Below are positions 1 to 13,233 of a DNA stretch of 64,000 nt, one piece after another. A program made the position numbers and the translations under genes. Within the stretch, counting starts at the first letter, position 1; the number at the start of each line of letters is the position of its first letter. Source of the stretch: Catajapyx aquilonaris (Eukaryota); contig KZ538140.1 in the NCBI GenBank assembly GCA_000934665.2, positions 1 to 64,000 on the forward strand, read 5' to 3'. Below the pieces are notes generated by a model that was given only the letters and a program-made list of their open reading frames with translations, did no database searches and was not told the origin of the DNA.

Positions 1-95
1 TTTTAACTCCAGCAAAGAGTTATTATAACTCATTTTTGGTAATGACCACTTTCAAGGTTTAAAAGAGTTAATTTAACTCTTATTTTTTTAGAGAG
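1..95. mobile_element. Right end of a non-autonomous CMC/EnSpm-like DNA transposon (truncated by window edge)
   Basis: Ends in TTTTTTTAGAGAG|TA, the reverse complement of CTCTCTAAAAAA, resembling CACT(C/G)TAAAAA termini. Carries repeated palindromic subterminal words AGAGTTA...TAACTC at 16-31 and 64-80. Confidence 0.45.
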
Positions 96-3000
96 TAGAT
101 CTGGTTGCTACAATGCAGATAGACCCTCAGGCTGTCCTTGCCATTAATTGTATCCAGTAATGAACCAATCAGTTGAATGTTAGCATAGAGCATGGACCGA
201 AGTAATAAGGTAGTAGAGTAGCTTACACCTGTTCATACAATAGGCACAGGTCATTTCCTCTACCGCATCATTGAAGAAGGTAAAGCCTGGTTCGAGGCCC
301 TCGAGGCTATGCCTTCAGTGATAGTGAAAATGGAAGTTTGTCTTGGTGTTATCCTGCATAGCGTGCAACCCAAGCGCCTCAATTGTCTAACAGGATAGCG
401 CTCTACCAGGGGCAAACGACTTCGTAAGAGTCTTGGTAAGAGTTCTACGTATCAAACCGGATGATCATTAAATTGTATTTAAGTTAATCACACGATTAAA
501 ACTGCGCACTTGAGTTTGAATTCCGCGTCAAGACATCCGATGATGAAACGGTATAGTCTCGATGCAATGACTCTGCAAGAAACCCTATCCAGAAAAGAAA
601 CCCCAGTGTCTGAGAGAGCATATACGTAGCAGAGCATGGTTTCTGGTGACTTCGAGTCAAGGAAATGGGACGTCCACGCCCTGTTTGTCAGACCCGGGCT
701 CTCTAATCAACGGGAAGACCTTGCTGCGTCTTGTTTACAAGTCTCCCCTCCACCTTCCATCCTCACTACTGCCAACCTAACACCCACACACACACACACC
801 CGGAAGCAAGCGCAACTCAGACTCATCCGGAAATGGAGAGACACGGCGCCTATTGGCCCCTGACTACACCCGAGCGGAACATAACTCCATGCACGTGTAT
901 TATACTCCCCCCCAAAAAAATATAACGAGGAAGGGGGGGATGTTATTTGCAGAGTCTTGGGTTGGTGGGCTTGTCGGGGCGGCGTGAAGTGTCAAGTCAA
1001 TTAGCGGCGGCGGCGGACAGCGCGGCAGGCCCCTCGCCTAATGAGACCGCAGGCGTCGGCCAAACTGCGCGATTACGCCGCCCGGACCGTGTTGCCCGCT
1101 TTCCAGAACCACAGGCTTCCTTCTCCCCTCTCTTACACATCCAATCCTTATAAGGCTTCATCCATCATGGACCACCTGCCTGACTGGGTCGGCGGGGGAT
1201 TCGGGGGGTCCTTGTCGCACAGGACTAGAGATAGGGTTAGATCGGGTTCAGGGAGGAAAATTGAACCACTGTTTACTCTCCTGAAGATGTGAGAAAGGTA
1301 CTGGGCTAACTTTACCTGTATTGAAAAATACAGCTATGTACGGCCAACAGCAAAAAGAAATCAATTTCTAGATTTTCTTCAGATATTGAGAGTACATCAT
1401 CTGTGCCGAGGGCATAATAAAAAGTCTTTTGATGCAATCTCTTAGCCAAACATGGGTCTCTCATATCAAAACTTCAAAGTACCTCGTTTCACTTTGTCAG
1501 GATCTTTGCAGTTCAAAGTGTAGCGGTATGTTTTTTTTTGGGAGGGGGGGGGGAGTCTTTCCAAAAACAGCCTGAAGATTTATCTTTGGAAGGCAGAGGA
1601 TGATAATTTATTGGCAGACCAGGAGATGATTGGCTATCTGTAGATATGCACAAGATGATACCCCCTGTTGGCACAATCTGGTTTTAATCATGATGGCTTC
1701 GCATGCTGTAAATATTAGATTTAAAAATTATGAATACAGAAGTGCACATAAAATGTAGGCTACTCTGTGTAGTTAGATTAGTACGGACATAAAAAGTCAT
1801 ATTCTACGCTCACAAGTGTAGAAATGTAACAAGCAGTTTGTAGAGAGCTAATGAGGAGCCAATCTGTCAATGGTAGATTTCAAGTGTCAGCCTGTTACCA
1901 GTTCGTTTATCACCAGCCTAATGAGTCTTTTCCGTTCCCAACAAGTCCGGTTTTATTTCTTACGGCTCATTTTCGCCAATTTTTTTGTGTCTCGCAGCTT
2001 GTGGCCTGTTGTTTATATAAATCCCGCTGTTTGCAATTGAGAACCTATTATTATTTTGTATAAGAGTAGAACTCTTATAAAATGAGTGATAATTGGGAAA
2101 TGTGAAAGGCAAAAATACTTCGCCAAAATAATATTGTGTAATGTGACAGTTGTTTGGTTGTTGAATTTCATATTTTTTTGAACAATATTGATACCCAATT
2201 AAATGAGACAAAACAGGTTATTTTTTTCATTCCCCTACCATGTGTTCTTTATTATTACAAGTGATGGTAGACTATACTTTACACCTCTATGTTTCATTGG
2301 ATACTACACAGAACCAACCTACATCATAAAGAGTTGGAATATAATTACTGGTAATGAGAAGGTCATAATTCAAATTAATTTCGCGTATGAATGGAGAGGA
2401 TTCAACCTGTTAGAAAAAATACTGTTATTTTTGTATACTGATTTGAATAACTTTCACAGTGGGCTTAGGAAGTATATGAAAACACCAACTTGGATCCGAA
2501 AATTAACATCACAAACTCTAGAATAATAAAAAGTTTTTTTTCTATATCTACCTGACACAGTTTTTCGCAAAATGCAAATTTTAGTAATTTGCAGTTTTTT
2601 TGTGGAAAATTACAGATAGTCCTAATTTCGCGCATCCCTGCATACAATAGACTGCCAGTAGGACCATTTGCGGATATAACTCTCCCTGCATCATTCACCC
2701 GACTCACCTTTCACAACATGTTGTGAACACTGGCCAGTTGTGGCAATGGAGCGAATCCTTTATCCCGTCGAAATCCATCGGAAAAAGAGGCTGAAAAATG
2801 GGGAAAGGGATCCGGTGCTGGTAGGTAGCCCTTGACTGGAACCCGTACTTTTTTCCCCCCCTCCCACAGAAAAATCCGGGGGGAGAATCCAATTGTGTGT
2901 GGGGAAGGGATGAGGATAATCGGCGAACCATTACGGGTGGCTGGCTTCCGTATCCGCAGCTAATGCCGCCCTCCCCACCGGACATGGGTCAGCCCAATCC

Positions 3001-5322
3001 CTCCGGATCCTTCCTTCCTGACGATAAGCGTTGTCTGGACCCTTCCTTCTTCTTTTTTCCCCTTCCCATGAAGCCAACGTTTCCGCCTATTGCTTTCCCA
3101 GCCGATTTCTTCCTCCCATATATGTCCAGAAAACGTGACTGGACATGACCAAGACCAAGATGGTACGGTAAGCGTCACATGAGAAGTGCTGAATGCAACA
3201 TATGACACACTGGCTTTTAAAAAATTTGGCACACATTTTGCATATTCACTTAGAAGAGACATACGAATTTTTACTAGTCAGATACATGCAACAAGTCTTC
3301 ACGAATAAGTCATGATGACTGAACACTACATAATTCCTTGGCACTGTGTAAACCTAACAATTTTATTGACGACAGGTTTGTAACACTTTAACAAATGAAA
3401 AACCTGCTGCCCATTTCATAACAATATATTTTTTTTGAAGGAACATCTGATTTGAAAATGGCTCTTGAAGTTAGCAGAAAGCTCTGTGTCCCCCTTCTTT
3501 TTTCCGCCGGCCTTTTGTGAGAGGCATTGTCATGAAAAATTCATGTCGAGCTCGTTATTCTTTCGTCTTCACTCAGACTTCCACTCCGCGGGAGGTATCC
3601 ACAGTGTCTCCACCTTATATTTTATGAATGCAGTGGAATAAGTAATTGTAATGTGAACAAGATTGAATTGGTGTCGCCACCAATTCTATCCTCTTCCATG
3701 ACTGTCGCTCTTTGTTGGAGATTTGCCTCCCTTTTTATGACCAAATGCTGGCATTAAAATGTGCTGCCACTTGCCTCGCGTCAAGACAGTGTGTTTAGAG
3801 TGCATAACGTCACCCAACCAGTCACTAACACCAGTGTTTTATCGTAACTTACCAACATGTGGATCTAACCTATAGTATACGTTTATTATATGTTTATTAG
3901 TAATTTTTAAATTCATGTTTGAACATGAATATGTATTGCTTGTTACAAGTGAAACGTTCTTTCGCACTGAATTGTGTCAATAACAACATTATTAATAAGT
4001 TTAGATTGATATAATTTTATGTGGACACATTAGCTTCCTTCATTAATTTTAAATGCATTTGCATACTAGCAAAATAGTGTAATCGGCTCATAGAAAATTC
4101 TTCCTGCTCGCATCAACATTTTGATACCAAAATTTTCGCCTTTCGCTTCGCGTTTTCGCGAAAAGGTACCTGCAACCAAGCTCTTTTCGCATCACGCCCA
4201 GTTGGCTTGTATTTGGCTCACAACCCACCCTTTTTCCCTACTCTATCCTCAAAAAAAGAGGAAAAAAAAGTAGACCCCTCCTTTGCCACGGCGGGGGAAG
4301 CAGTGAGTTACTGCGCGTGGAATATCATTACGCAGATCATTAGTTATGGGGGCATAGCAGCAAATTGAAATTCATGGTTTTGCTATTTCCATTAGGGGCT
4401 ACGTGGAGTGGGTATGGGTAGTGGGAAGGGGGGGGAGGGGTGTTGGGATATGAGGTGGGTGGAGGGTGTGTTTTGGCGGGTAGAAAAGAGACAAAGAGTT
4501 GCTTAAAGCTCTAGCAGGTGTTGCCCTCTGGTGGGCAGTCGATTGACGTCGACGTTGCTCTGGGGAGGAGTGCGAAAGGGGATTTGACATGATGGGAAAA
4601 CTTCGCTAGAAATTTGGCGGAATCCACTGATGGAAGAGCCCTAGGGAAGGGAGAGAGAGAGAGAGAGTGGGGGAGAGATGGTAAGGACGAAATCACGATG
4701 GAAAAACGAAAGAGGGAGGGAGGGAGGGAGGAGAGAAAATGGCCAGAGTGTGATTGGGCCCACTTGTGTTTTCCGAGTGATTACAAGCGGGAATAATGTT
4801 CGCGTCTCTGGAGATGTCGCAAGTAGTTTGCTGCTGAGTGACCTCGCCTATTTCGGAGAGCTGAGAAAAGTTTGCGTGGTCAGTTTAGTTATTGCATGGA
4901 CATTACCCTGGGTTTATGGCTGGTTCAAGTAAGCAATTATTGCGTGTATGAGGGTTGCAATCTGGTTATCGGGCATTTATCTTCGGCACTTAACTGAAAT
5001 AACACATGAAAATACATGCTGCAAGCCGGCTAGAAAATCTACTAAGCACGTAATTCGCGACTTTTTCACCTGGCCTTAATCATGGCGTCGACTGACTGCA
5101 TGACGGTAAATGTTTGTAGTCTTATCACTTTTTGGTATGGTGCAGTGTGTACATGTGACATGTATTATCCACATGTCAATGAATAATTACCCTATACCAT
5201 ATATACAGCGCAATTTTTCTGGTCATGGCATAGAATTGTTCTGTTTTTTGGCACATAAACGGAGTTGTGCAAAGTATTTATTTGTCTTAAATTAATCTAA
5301 TTAATTTAATTTCAAATTTCAG

Positions 5323-5684
5323 GTGGGAAATTGAACTGCTAATGACACCTTCAGAATACATGAGATGGAGAGAGAGCGCTCAGGTTTCTCGCCTTTCTCC
5401 AGAATCTGGTGCCTTCCGATTGGCCTCCGGCCCATTCGACCCCCAGTGAGACAAGAGCTGTGTAGGTAGTGATCCGGGGCGGCCCCGGGTCGCGTACTAG
5501 GATGTGACGTGACCCACATTTCCTGATCGGGACAAGCAAGCCAACTACGCGGACTCCTCTCGGGTGACTTCCCCTTCTGACTGGTGATGGCTTGAGGATG
5601 ACACATTGAGCCCGGGGCCGCCCAGGTGTCGACGGCAGGCATGTAAACAGCAGGCGGAAAGAATATCCGGGGACATTGCAGAAA
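5323..5684 (+). other. Candidate non-coding exon (5'UTR or lncRNA), 362 nt
   Basis: Branch-like CTAAT at 5297, acceptor AATTTCAG|G (AG at 5321-5322), donor GAAA|GTAAGT at 5685-5690. GC/CpG-rich interior with abrupt AT-rich flanks. All three + frames are closed by stops. Confidence 0.55.
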
Positions 5685-6568
5685 GTAAGTGATTTTATAA
5701 TTTATTTGATCTTACCTATTGCTCATTTGATAACATGAGAATGAAATATGTGGCATGCAGTGTGTTATGGTTGGACCTTGTAGACATATGACACATGTCT
5801 CGTGGTTGGGGGCGAGAGAAGCTGTGGGCGTCAGGCTTGGGAGGGACATGATAAGCTGTGCCCCCCCGGTCTCCCCAGTGCAGTTTTAACAAGGCAGCAT
5901 CCGAGTTGGTGGGCATCCCAGGGGACAGTGAAGGGAGTTTCTAGGAATGATGATGGGGAACATAGGGCATTTTGTGGCGCCAATCAAAGACTCCCTATAC
6001 AGGGTGAAGCCAAAGGCAATTTCCTGCTGCACAAACTGTTTTCTCTATTCTGACTTCACAGCAAAGGTTGCCAATTGCGGTCTTGGCTGCTGCTATATGG
6101 TGCTGCAAAGGCCGGATTCGGGGGCAACGAATAAACGAGCACATTTGTGAAGTATCCGTACTTCTGAGTCATGAACACTTCTGAAAGACTTTAAGAATGA
6201 TGTATAGCATTATTTTGGTTAGTAGTTTAGATAAGCCATATCAAAGAGGGTGAGAACAGAACACTTGTGGCCACATTTGTAGGAAGAAATCGTAGCCCTG
6301 AAAGCACCCTAAATATTTATATAGCCGTTATCTCTGGGAATGCACGCTCATGAACCGGAATGTGAATGAAAATGTTCTTCGTGATATCTGGTACTCAGGT
6401 ATTTAGAACGGTCAAGTTAGCTGTTTTGAGGTTAGATTTTAATCATATCATAATCCCATTGGAAAAGTAGCACTACACTAACTTAAGTAGAACACTATCG
6501 AACGCAAGAAATTCTATTAACTGCCTTTTGGATGCTTGCCTTTGTCTTTTCTGTCTTCTCTCTTTCAG

Positions 6569-6619
6569 ATATACAAAAAAGACATACCTGTAATTTGATG
6601 TTTAACATACTATGAGAAG
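6569..6619 (+). other. Possible small non-coding exon (51 nt)
   Basis: Long polypyrimidine acceptor TTTGTCTTTTCTGTCTTCTCTCTTTCAG (6541-6568) and donor GAAG|GTATGA (6620-6625). Stops in all three frames. Confidence 0.3.
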
Positions 6620-7436
6620 GTATGATACTAATTTGACAAACTAAACTACTATACGTTAATGAGGTGTAGATAAATAATATTACAATCCATAACTTTTGCG
6701 ATAGACACACATCTTTGGAAAAGCTAGGAAAGAGACTCGCGTATTTTCTGGTAAATAACAGACGATTAATTGTCGTAATCGTGCCTCCAGACATAAAGTT
6801 CAATGGCCTCTCTAATGAAGAAAGTCAAGAACAGCTTTGTTTGTTGCATAAGTGAGGATCATGTGATTTGGGAGCAAGGAGCGTGAAAGAAATATTAACT
6901 ATTCTTTCCTGGGATAATTTTTATTGTCTTTTTTTCTCTCTCTTCCTTCCCTGGCATCGTGGAGATTATCAGAGAAAGGAGGAGTGGAATGAAGAGCATT
7001 CGTATGTATTCAGGCAAGGACTTTGAGCCTTCCAAGAAAAGTAAATGACGACTAGTTGAGAGAAAGGAAGGGATAGAGAGATGGAGGAAGACTTTTCTCC
7101 AGAAAAAAAAAAGTTGGAAGAAAAAACAAAGGGAGAAGCGGGCAAAAGTTTAATCGGAGGGAGAAAGAAAAGTCCATAATTGATTTTTTCTTTTCCTTCT
7201 CTTGTGTGAGGCAATGGAGTCGTGGACAGCTGCGAAATGCCTTCCTCTTTAATGATGGCAATGGAGAAAGAGGGGAAAAAGAGAGAAGGGAGTTGGAGAT
7301 GAGCCTCTGAACTCGTGGCTTTACTGCTAACGAGTGGTGGGAAAACGCTGAGCCTCCATAATGTACCAGAGGTATTTCTGGCTTTTTAGTTTGCATACAT
7401 GAAAATGTTGGTGTTTATGCTACGTTGCCACATGCA

Positions 7437-7624
7437 CACTCGCATGAAAATTTAGTAGAACCAAATTAATGTTTCATTCAACTAAATCGGATTTAATATA
7501 GGTTGTTGGTTGTGCTGGCTAAAAATTTGGTTATAACAATCGCATACACGTCAAGTTCAATCAATAGCTGAATCTAATATTTCTCTCAACAAAATATTGG
7601 TTACTTCAACCATTTCTTTCAGTG
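7437..7624. mobile_element. Degraded CACT..AGTG MITE (CMC/EnSpm-like)
   Basis: Left end CACTCGCATGAAAATTTAGT and right end TTGGTTACTTCAACCATTTCTTTCAGTG|TA (rc CACTGAAAGAAATGGTTGAAG). Internal TTGGTT/AACC and TCAAC subrepeats. Confidence 0.4.
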
Positions 7625-8966
7625 TAAATGAGACCAATTATTTTTGGCGACACCTGTAAAATTAATGAGCCGATTTGTAACTTAACACCACATGCACTTA
7701 TAATTGACGACTTCTACTACCCAGAGATTTAATTTGTCTGGGCACATTTGCAGCTGGAATAATCAATCATCGTGTCGGAGGATATCTGGTTAAAGGTTGA
7801 CGTGTGGCGTGCTTTATTGATAGGGACATACAGTTCGCACGGTATTAATAATGCCAACTCTCACTGGAATTAAATGTGTGCGACGTGGAGTGATGCACGT
7901 GTCGAGGCCACAGTAGAAGTTGTCTAAAATAATTGTCTGTAATTGGAAAGAGTAAAACGTAAATATTTTTCAAGAGCCAAGACCACATGGGACAAAATGA
8001 CAGGCTTTAATGACAACACGCGGCGTTCATTAGTAGCAAAGGAGCAGTGTGTGGGGGTCTAACGAGCCTATTTTTGAGGAACACATGGGATGATCATTAT
8101 AAGTGAATTGCCAGACGCGTCCATTGTTAGTGGGATACTCCATATGAAGCACGGATCATACTTATTAATTATGAATAACCGAATTGAGCTCAAGGTTTCT
8201 GATTATGCAACCTACACATGCTTTTCCTCAGTCTAAAAACGGCGATATTTTAATACACCATTATATCCAGAACAACAATTAAGGCAAGGCGAAACTGCAG
8301 GTTGAATCTGCTGAAATAAAGATAGCTGCGGTTCTATATCTGTGACGGTAAGCCACCTAAGCTCTACTTTTACTGCGAGGAAAAAGGAAAGCCTTGGGTA
8401 TAGTCCTAAGACTCGACGGAAAGTGTTTTAAGAAGCGGTGCTCAGACGACAGACTCCGTCTATTTACTTGCCTCCGGTTGAATTGCAAACTTTCTGCGTC
8501 TCTGCTTTGTCTTTCTCCGTCATTTTTCCAGAGTTAAGCCTACCAAGCGGCTCTTCTTTTTTTCGGGAGAAAAAGGAGAAGTGGTGCTGGAGAGAAGGTT
8601 TTGGTGGGTGGGGGTAGGGGAAAGGGAGATGGAGAGAAGAAAGATTCTACTAGGACTTTTGCAAAACTTTCTCGCGTAATTACTCAGACCTGAATGGGCC
8701 CACAAATTGATTACGGTTTCAAATGTGGAATTTTCCCAAGGTATGTATATAAAAAAGGCTGGAATAAAAGAAGAGAGCTTTAGGGACGCTCCAACTTTAC
8801 AGAAATTTAGAAAATGGATTTTTTAAGTCACACCCTTTTTGGGCATAATAAAAATGTAGTAATTATAGAGCTAAAGAAGGAGTTGATAGGAAGACGTGAT
8901 CTCTTCACTTTCTTGGAACACCCGCCAAGATCTCGTTATAGTAGTTTTTTTCTTCCTATTTGAATA

Positions 8967-9054
8967 GTTAAAAAGTTGGAAGGCAGCCGCCAGAAAATTA
9001 TGTAACCCCAACTATCATTTTCCAATTGAAAGTGGCTGCCTTTTCAACATTAAC
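8967..9054. repeat. Imperfect inverted repeat, probable MITE core
   Basis: GTTAAAAAGTTGGAAGGCAGCCGC (8967-8990) pairs imperfectly with GTGGCTGCCTTTTCAACATTAAC (9032-9054). Confidence 0.55.
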
Positions 9055-11763
9055 GAAGTTGTTAAAAAGAGTACAAACTTAGAACACAGACTATTATAGG
9101 AATTCAGAAATTCGGCGGGAGAAAAACTGTTGAATTGTCGACGTTACTTTTGAACATTACATTATGCATCAGAAACGTAGCGCCAAGAAAGGTCATACAT
9201 TTTTTTTGTACGTACGCTTTGTTGTCCACCACGTACAGGTCCCCCACCATAACACTAGATGCTCTTCCTTCCCAGCTTCTCTTTAAAAAAATATTTCCTG
9301 GACTCATGTACAATTCAGGCAACATTTTCAGGCAGAACGTAACTCAGCGAATGCAGCCCTGGAGGCAAGAGAGGTCATGTAAATTTCCACAGGGTTGGAC
9401 TGGAAGGAAACACAGTATGGGAGATGGTGGGTTATAGTGTTGGCATCATGTTAGACTCTTGCGGGTCAAATCTCACTTTGGCGGCCCTTTTTGCCAGAGG
9501 GGGGGCCTCCAAATGACGGGCGGCATTGGAGGTTTCCAGCACCATAGACACCCTCATCCATCATCGACGGTTGCCACGCAGAGTATCGGTTGTTGGGTTG
9601 CGGGACTGGCTGGCCTGGAGAGAAAATGGCTGCACACATTGACCGAAAAAAGGGCTATCGGGGCGGTTGCTGTACTAGAGACTCGGATTATGACATGGCG
9701 CGGTTCATGTGGCGATATTTCATGTCGTAATACTCCGAAAGATACCAACGCATCGACTAACTCGGTAATTAACAAAATTGGAATTTACTAATATTTAAAA
9801 AAAGTTAGAAATAATTTTTGTCATTACGCATGATACAATAACAATGGTAAATAATGCGATTCAATCTGGTGAGTACGTGCACATGCAAAATAACATGTTG
9901 GATTATTTTGAAAATTGGGCTGACCTTTCAAACTCTTGGCTTACTGCATCATCAAAATTGGTATTTGCATCGCATGGTGTAGCAGCCCGACGCATAAATA
10001 GTGCGGAATTAGTTGGCCCATTTTGTTGCCATGAAATAACTGTAGGCCGTCCGTCATAATGTCAATAAGCCTTAACTTGGCTATGCTGTCAGCAAGGACA
10101 ATATTCTGCAATGTACTGTACACTGTGCAATGTTCATATCGCCCTGCCAATCGTTAATGTATTCGATGCTTTTTTTTACACAGCCGGAAGAGTAGTTTAT
10201 TTTAATTTATTAATGAAAGATTTTAATCGACAACAGTTTGCATTTAATGATGTGATTAATGCACTGTCCGAATAATAATATATGTGTTCATCTCTCGAAT
10301 TGTTCATCATTAACACTTATTCTCCACAAAACTACTTCAGGCTACAGCTACAGACTTCATTTTTATTTGCAGCTATTAAAGCGACACCATCTTTATTTTC
10401 TCTCTCAATCAACCGACATGATCCGGCAACAATAAAGTTTCGGGGTCGTTTCTCCTAGTGTTAAAAATCAATGGAAGGGAAGAAAAGCAATCAGGGTGTG
10501 GTTTGGGGGGTGTAGGAAATTAAAGGCTCCTGAATGCGGAAATAGGAAAGGGGCGTTCTGTTTGTGGCTGGATGATGGGCGAGTGCGGTCCATTCGAATG
10601 CCCATCCGGGACCATCCTCTCCAGGAAAAGATTCCCATCCTGGGAATAATGCAAGAAGGAGGGGCCAGGAGAAGGGGGGGAAGGCCAAGCCCAAGGGGGT
10701 ATAACTTCCAGTCGTAGGATCATGCTGAGAAAGATGGTGAAGAAGTCAATTAACGTTAGACGCAAATGTGTTTATGGACAGTGACTTGTGCTGATAATTA
10801 ATAATCGCAGTTGCGGAATTGTGTACCACCTTTTATCGCATAGGAAGGGTGTGTTCCCAAATAAAGCCAGTTTGTTTCAGGAGGGGTGGAAGGGTTTGGA
10901 AATGGCGTATAGTGGCGTCCGCAGGCGAGGCCGCAGTGAATAATAAACAGCGAGGGAAATTAGCGGCTTCATCTCTGTCGAACAAACTTTGGTTTGTGGG
11001 ACCCCCTCTACCCTCCATTTTTCACTTCCAAATTTTTTCTTTATTTTTCCTTGTGTATTTCTCCAACCTTCCTCTCTCTTACTCTCCCGCCGCTTCACTT
11101 TTCCTTTTCCCAAACTGCCAAGGCTCGGGGATTTCAGCGAACTCATTAAGGACTTTTTTTCCCCCTCTCCTTTTCTTCCCCCCCTTCTACTCCTTTTTGC
11201 TCTACTGTTCCACGCCTTTTTTTCCTCCTTCTTTTTCCCCAACTCTGCAAGTAATTGCAGAAGAAACTCCATTCTTTTCCTTCATTTTCCACTTTAGATT
11301 CAATGAACTGCAATTAGATTTCCGTCTTTTCTTCCTTCGGAAGGGAATAAAAGGTAGGATTTGGGATGTTTTGTAAGGAAGCTGGGAGAAAGCGAGACGA
11401 CAGAGCTCCCGGGTAGTCTGATTCCCTCCGGAAGTGTTTGATACATTTCCAGCATTGTGAGCTAGGAAACAATTCGGTCCAGAAGATTCTCGGAGACTCA
11501 GTCAAACTTTGGGTAATGATTACCGCGTGTGCGTTTGTCGCGATTGTCATCTCGGTCCATTGTCCACAGACAGGCATCTGCTGGATGCACTCTCTATAGC
11601 AGTGTACGCTCATTCTGGATGTTGGAATACAAAATGGTGGTGATAATCGAGTCATCACAACGCGTACTGTGTAGTACATAACACCCTCAGTGAAAGTCCT
11701 GGAAAAGGCAGTGACGCATTAGTTAATATTGTTTAGACTATAGGACTCATACTGTAGTGTATA

Positions 11764-11895
11764 CAGTGAGTCCCAGTTATCCGCGGGTAATTAGTATCAA
11801 ATGCCCCTCCCCCGCGGATAATAGGTCTACCGAACCCTATATTTAATGCTTTATTTTAACATACTTAGCTATGATACGTTGAAATTACAAATTAC
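11764..11895 (+). mobile_element. pogo/Tigger-family DNA transposon 5' remnant (MER44/Tigger7-like)
   Basis: TA|CAGTGAGTCCCAGTTATCCGCGGG...CCCGCGGATAA...TACCGAACCCTATAT...CTATGATA follows the remembered layout of Tigger7/MER44-type ends: TA target, CAGT terminus, TTATCCGCGG/CCGCGGATAA internal palindrome. Confidence 0.6.
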
Positions 11896-12431
11896 TGTAC
11901 GAATAATACCTCCCACACTGGCAGCCTAATCGGATTTAAAACTCAAGCTCTTTCTACAGTTTTATTGAAGAACTGTGCAATTTCGAGATAGTTAACCTTT
12001 CAGACTTGAACCTGGACTGCAATTTTTTTTATTGTTTTATACTTTTTAATGCCTCACCATTTTGGTCATTCGGACTCATTTGCAAGCCCATCCAGTTAAG
12101 AGATGATGGACCTTTATTTCATCATTCCCCCCCCCCACAAGTTCCAAGAGGAGAGGGTGGTAGTGGCATGTTTCACAGTGACTGTGGGTGGAGTTTTGAG
12201 AATGGCTTTTTCAGAATTGCACCCCTCCATCCATGTACCGGGAGGGGTAAAATTACAACCCGGCTTTTCCTGCTGGAAATACAATTAAGGACAACTCCGC
12301 CGCTTCTCGTCTGCAATTCTTCTCCCTTGTTTACGCCGGCAGGACAACACGCCACATAATTTATAGCTGCTTTGCTCGGACTCTATAAAATTTCCTGGGT
12401 AATATCCCGAGGGAATTTCACTCTCTCTCTC

Positions 12432-12443
12432 NNNNNNNNNNNN
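12432..12443. other. Assembly gap (12 N) between (CT)n and poly-C
   Basis: N run in the sequence. Confidence 0.99.
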
Positions 12444-13233
12444 CCCCCCCCCCCCTTGCTCACTTGAAACCATAAGAGGTTTTGGGGAAGAAGTTTTAGA
12501 GAGAGAAAAAAACATTCTGAGGGAATCGGAAGCGCGAGAGAAATCTTTTGTTGTTGTTGTTGTTGGTCTGCGACCTGAAGCTTTGTTTACTGTCGTTTTG
12601 TCTCTTCCACCAGTTCAAAGTAGATAATATGCAGGCGGAGCCATATGACAGGAAAGGCACAAAGTAGACGGAAATGATGGTGCTTGAAAGCGGATTGAGT
12701 GGGAGTCGGTCGGGGGTTGGAACGATGCGACAATCAGATTGGGTGCGAGTGAGTTCCAGGCATTCACAGGCAGGGGGGTGTATAGAGAGAATAAGGGTGG
12801 GGTGGGGGGTGCAAAATCGGGGCACAGGAAACTTTCCAGTGTTCATGCTTGCACGACGTTATAAACTTGTTTGCGAAGAGTATTACGGATTAACAAAGCA
12901 TGTAGTTCCCGGTAATTATGACGTTTAAACACTATTGATTTGAGAATAAGGCCTGCTGAGTTGGCTGCTGTTTCAGACTGCTCAGTTCGGAAATTGCTGC
13001 AAATCTGCTATATGCTATACGTGAAATAAGTGTGCGTCATATTACAAAGGAACTCAAAAAAGTCAAGTTTGCGAACTTTCTCCTCAATCAGCTGCACGTG
13101 AGCCATCAGGGTGCCAAGTTTCAGCACTCTCAGTAGTCTGAAAGTGGGTTAGGTAGCCCTACATACAGTGCCCACAGAATAACTTCTCACAAAAGGGATG
13201 ATGCTACCTCTACCCCTCCACTCCACACCAGAC

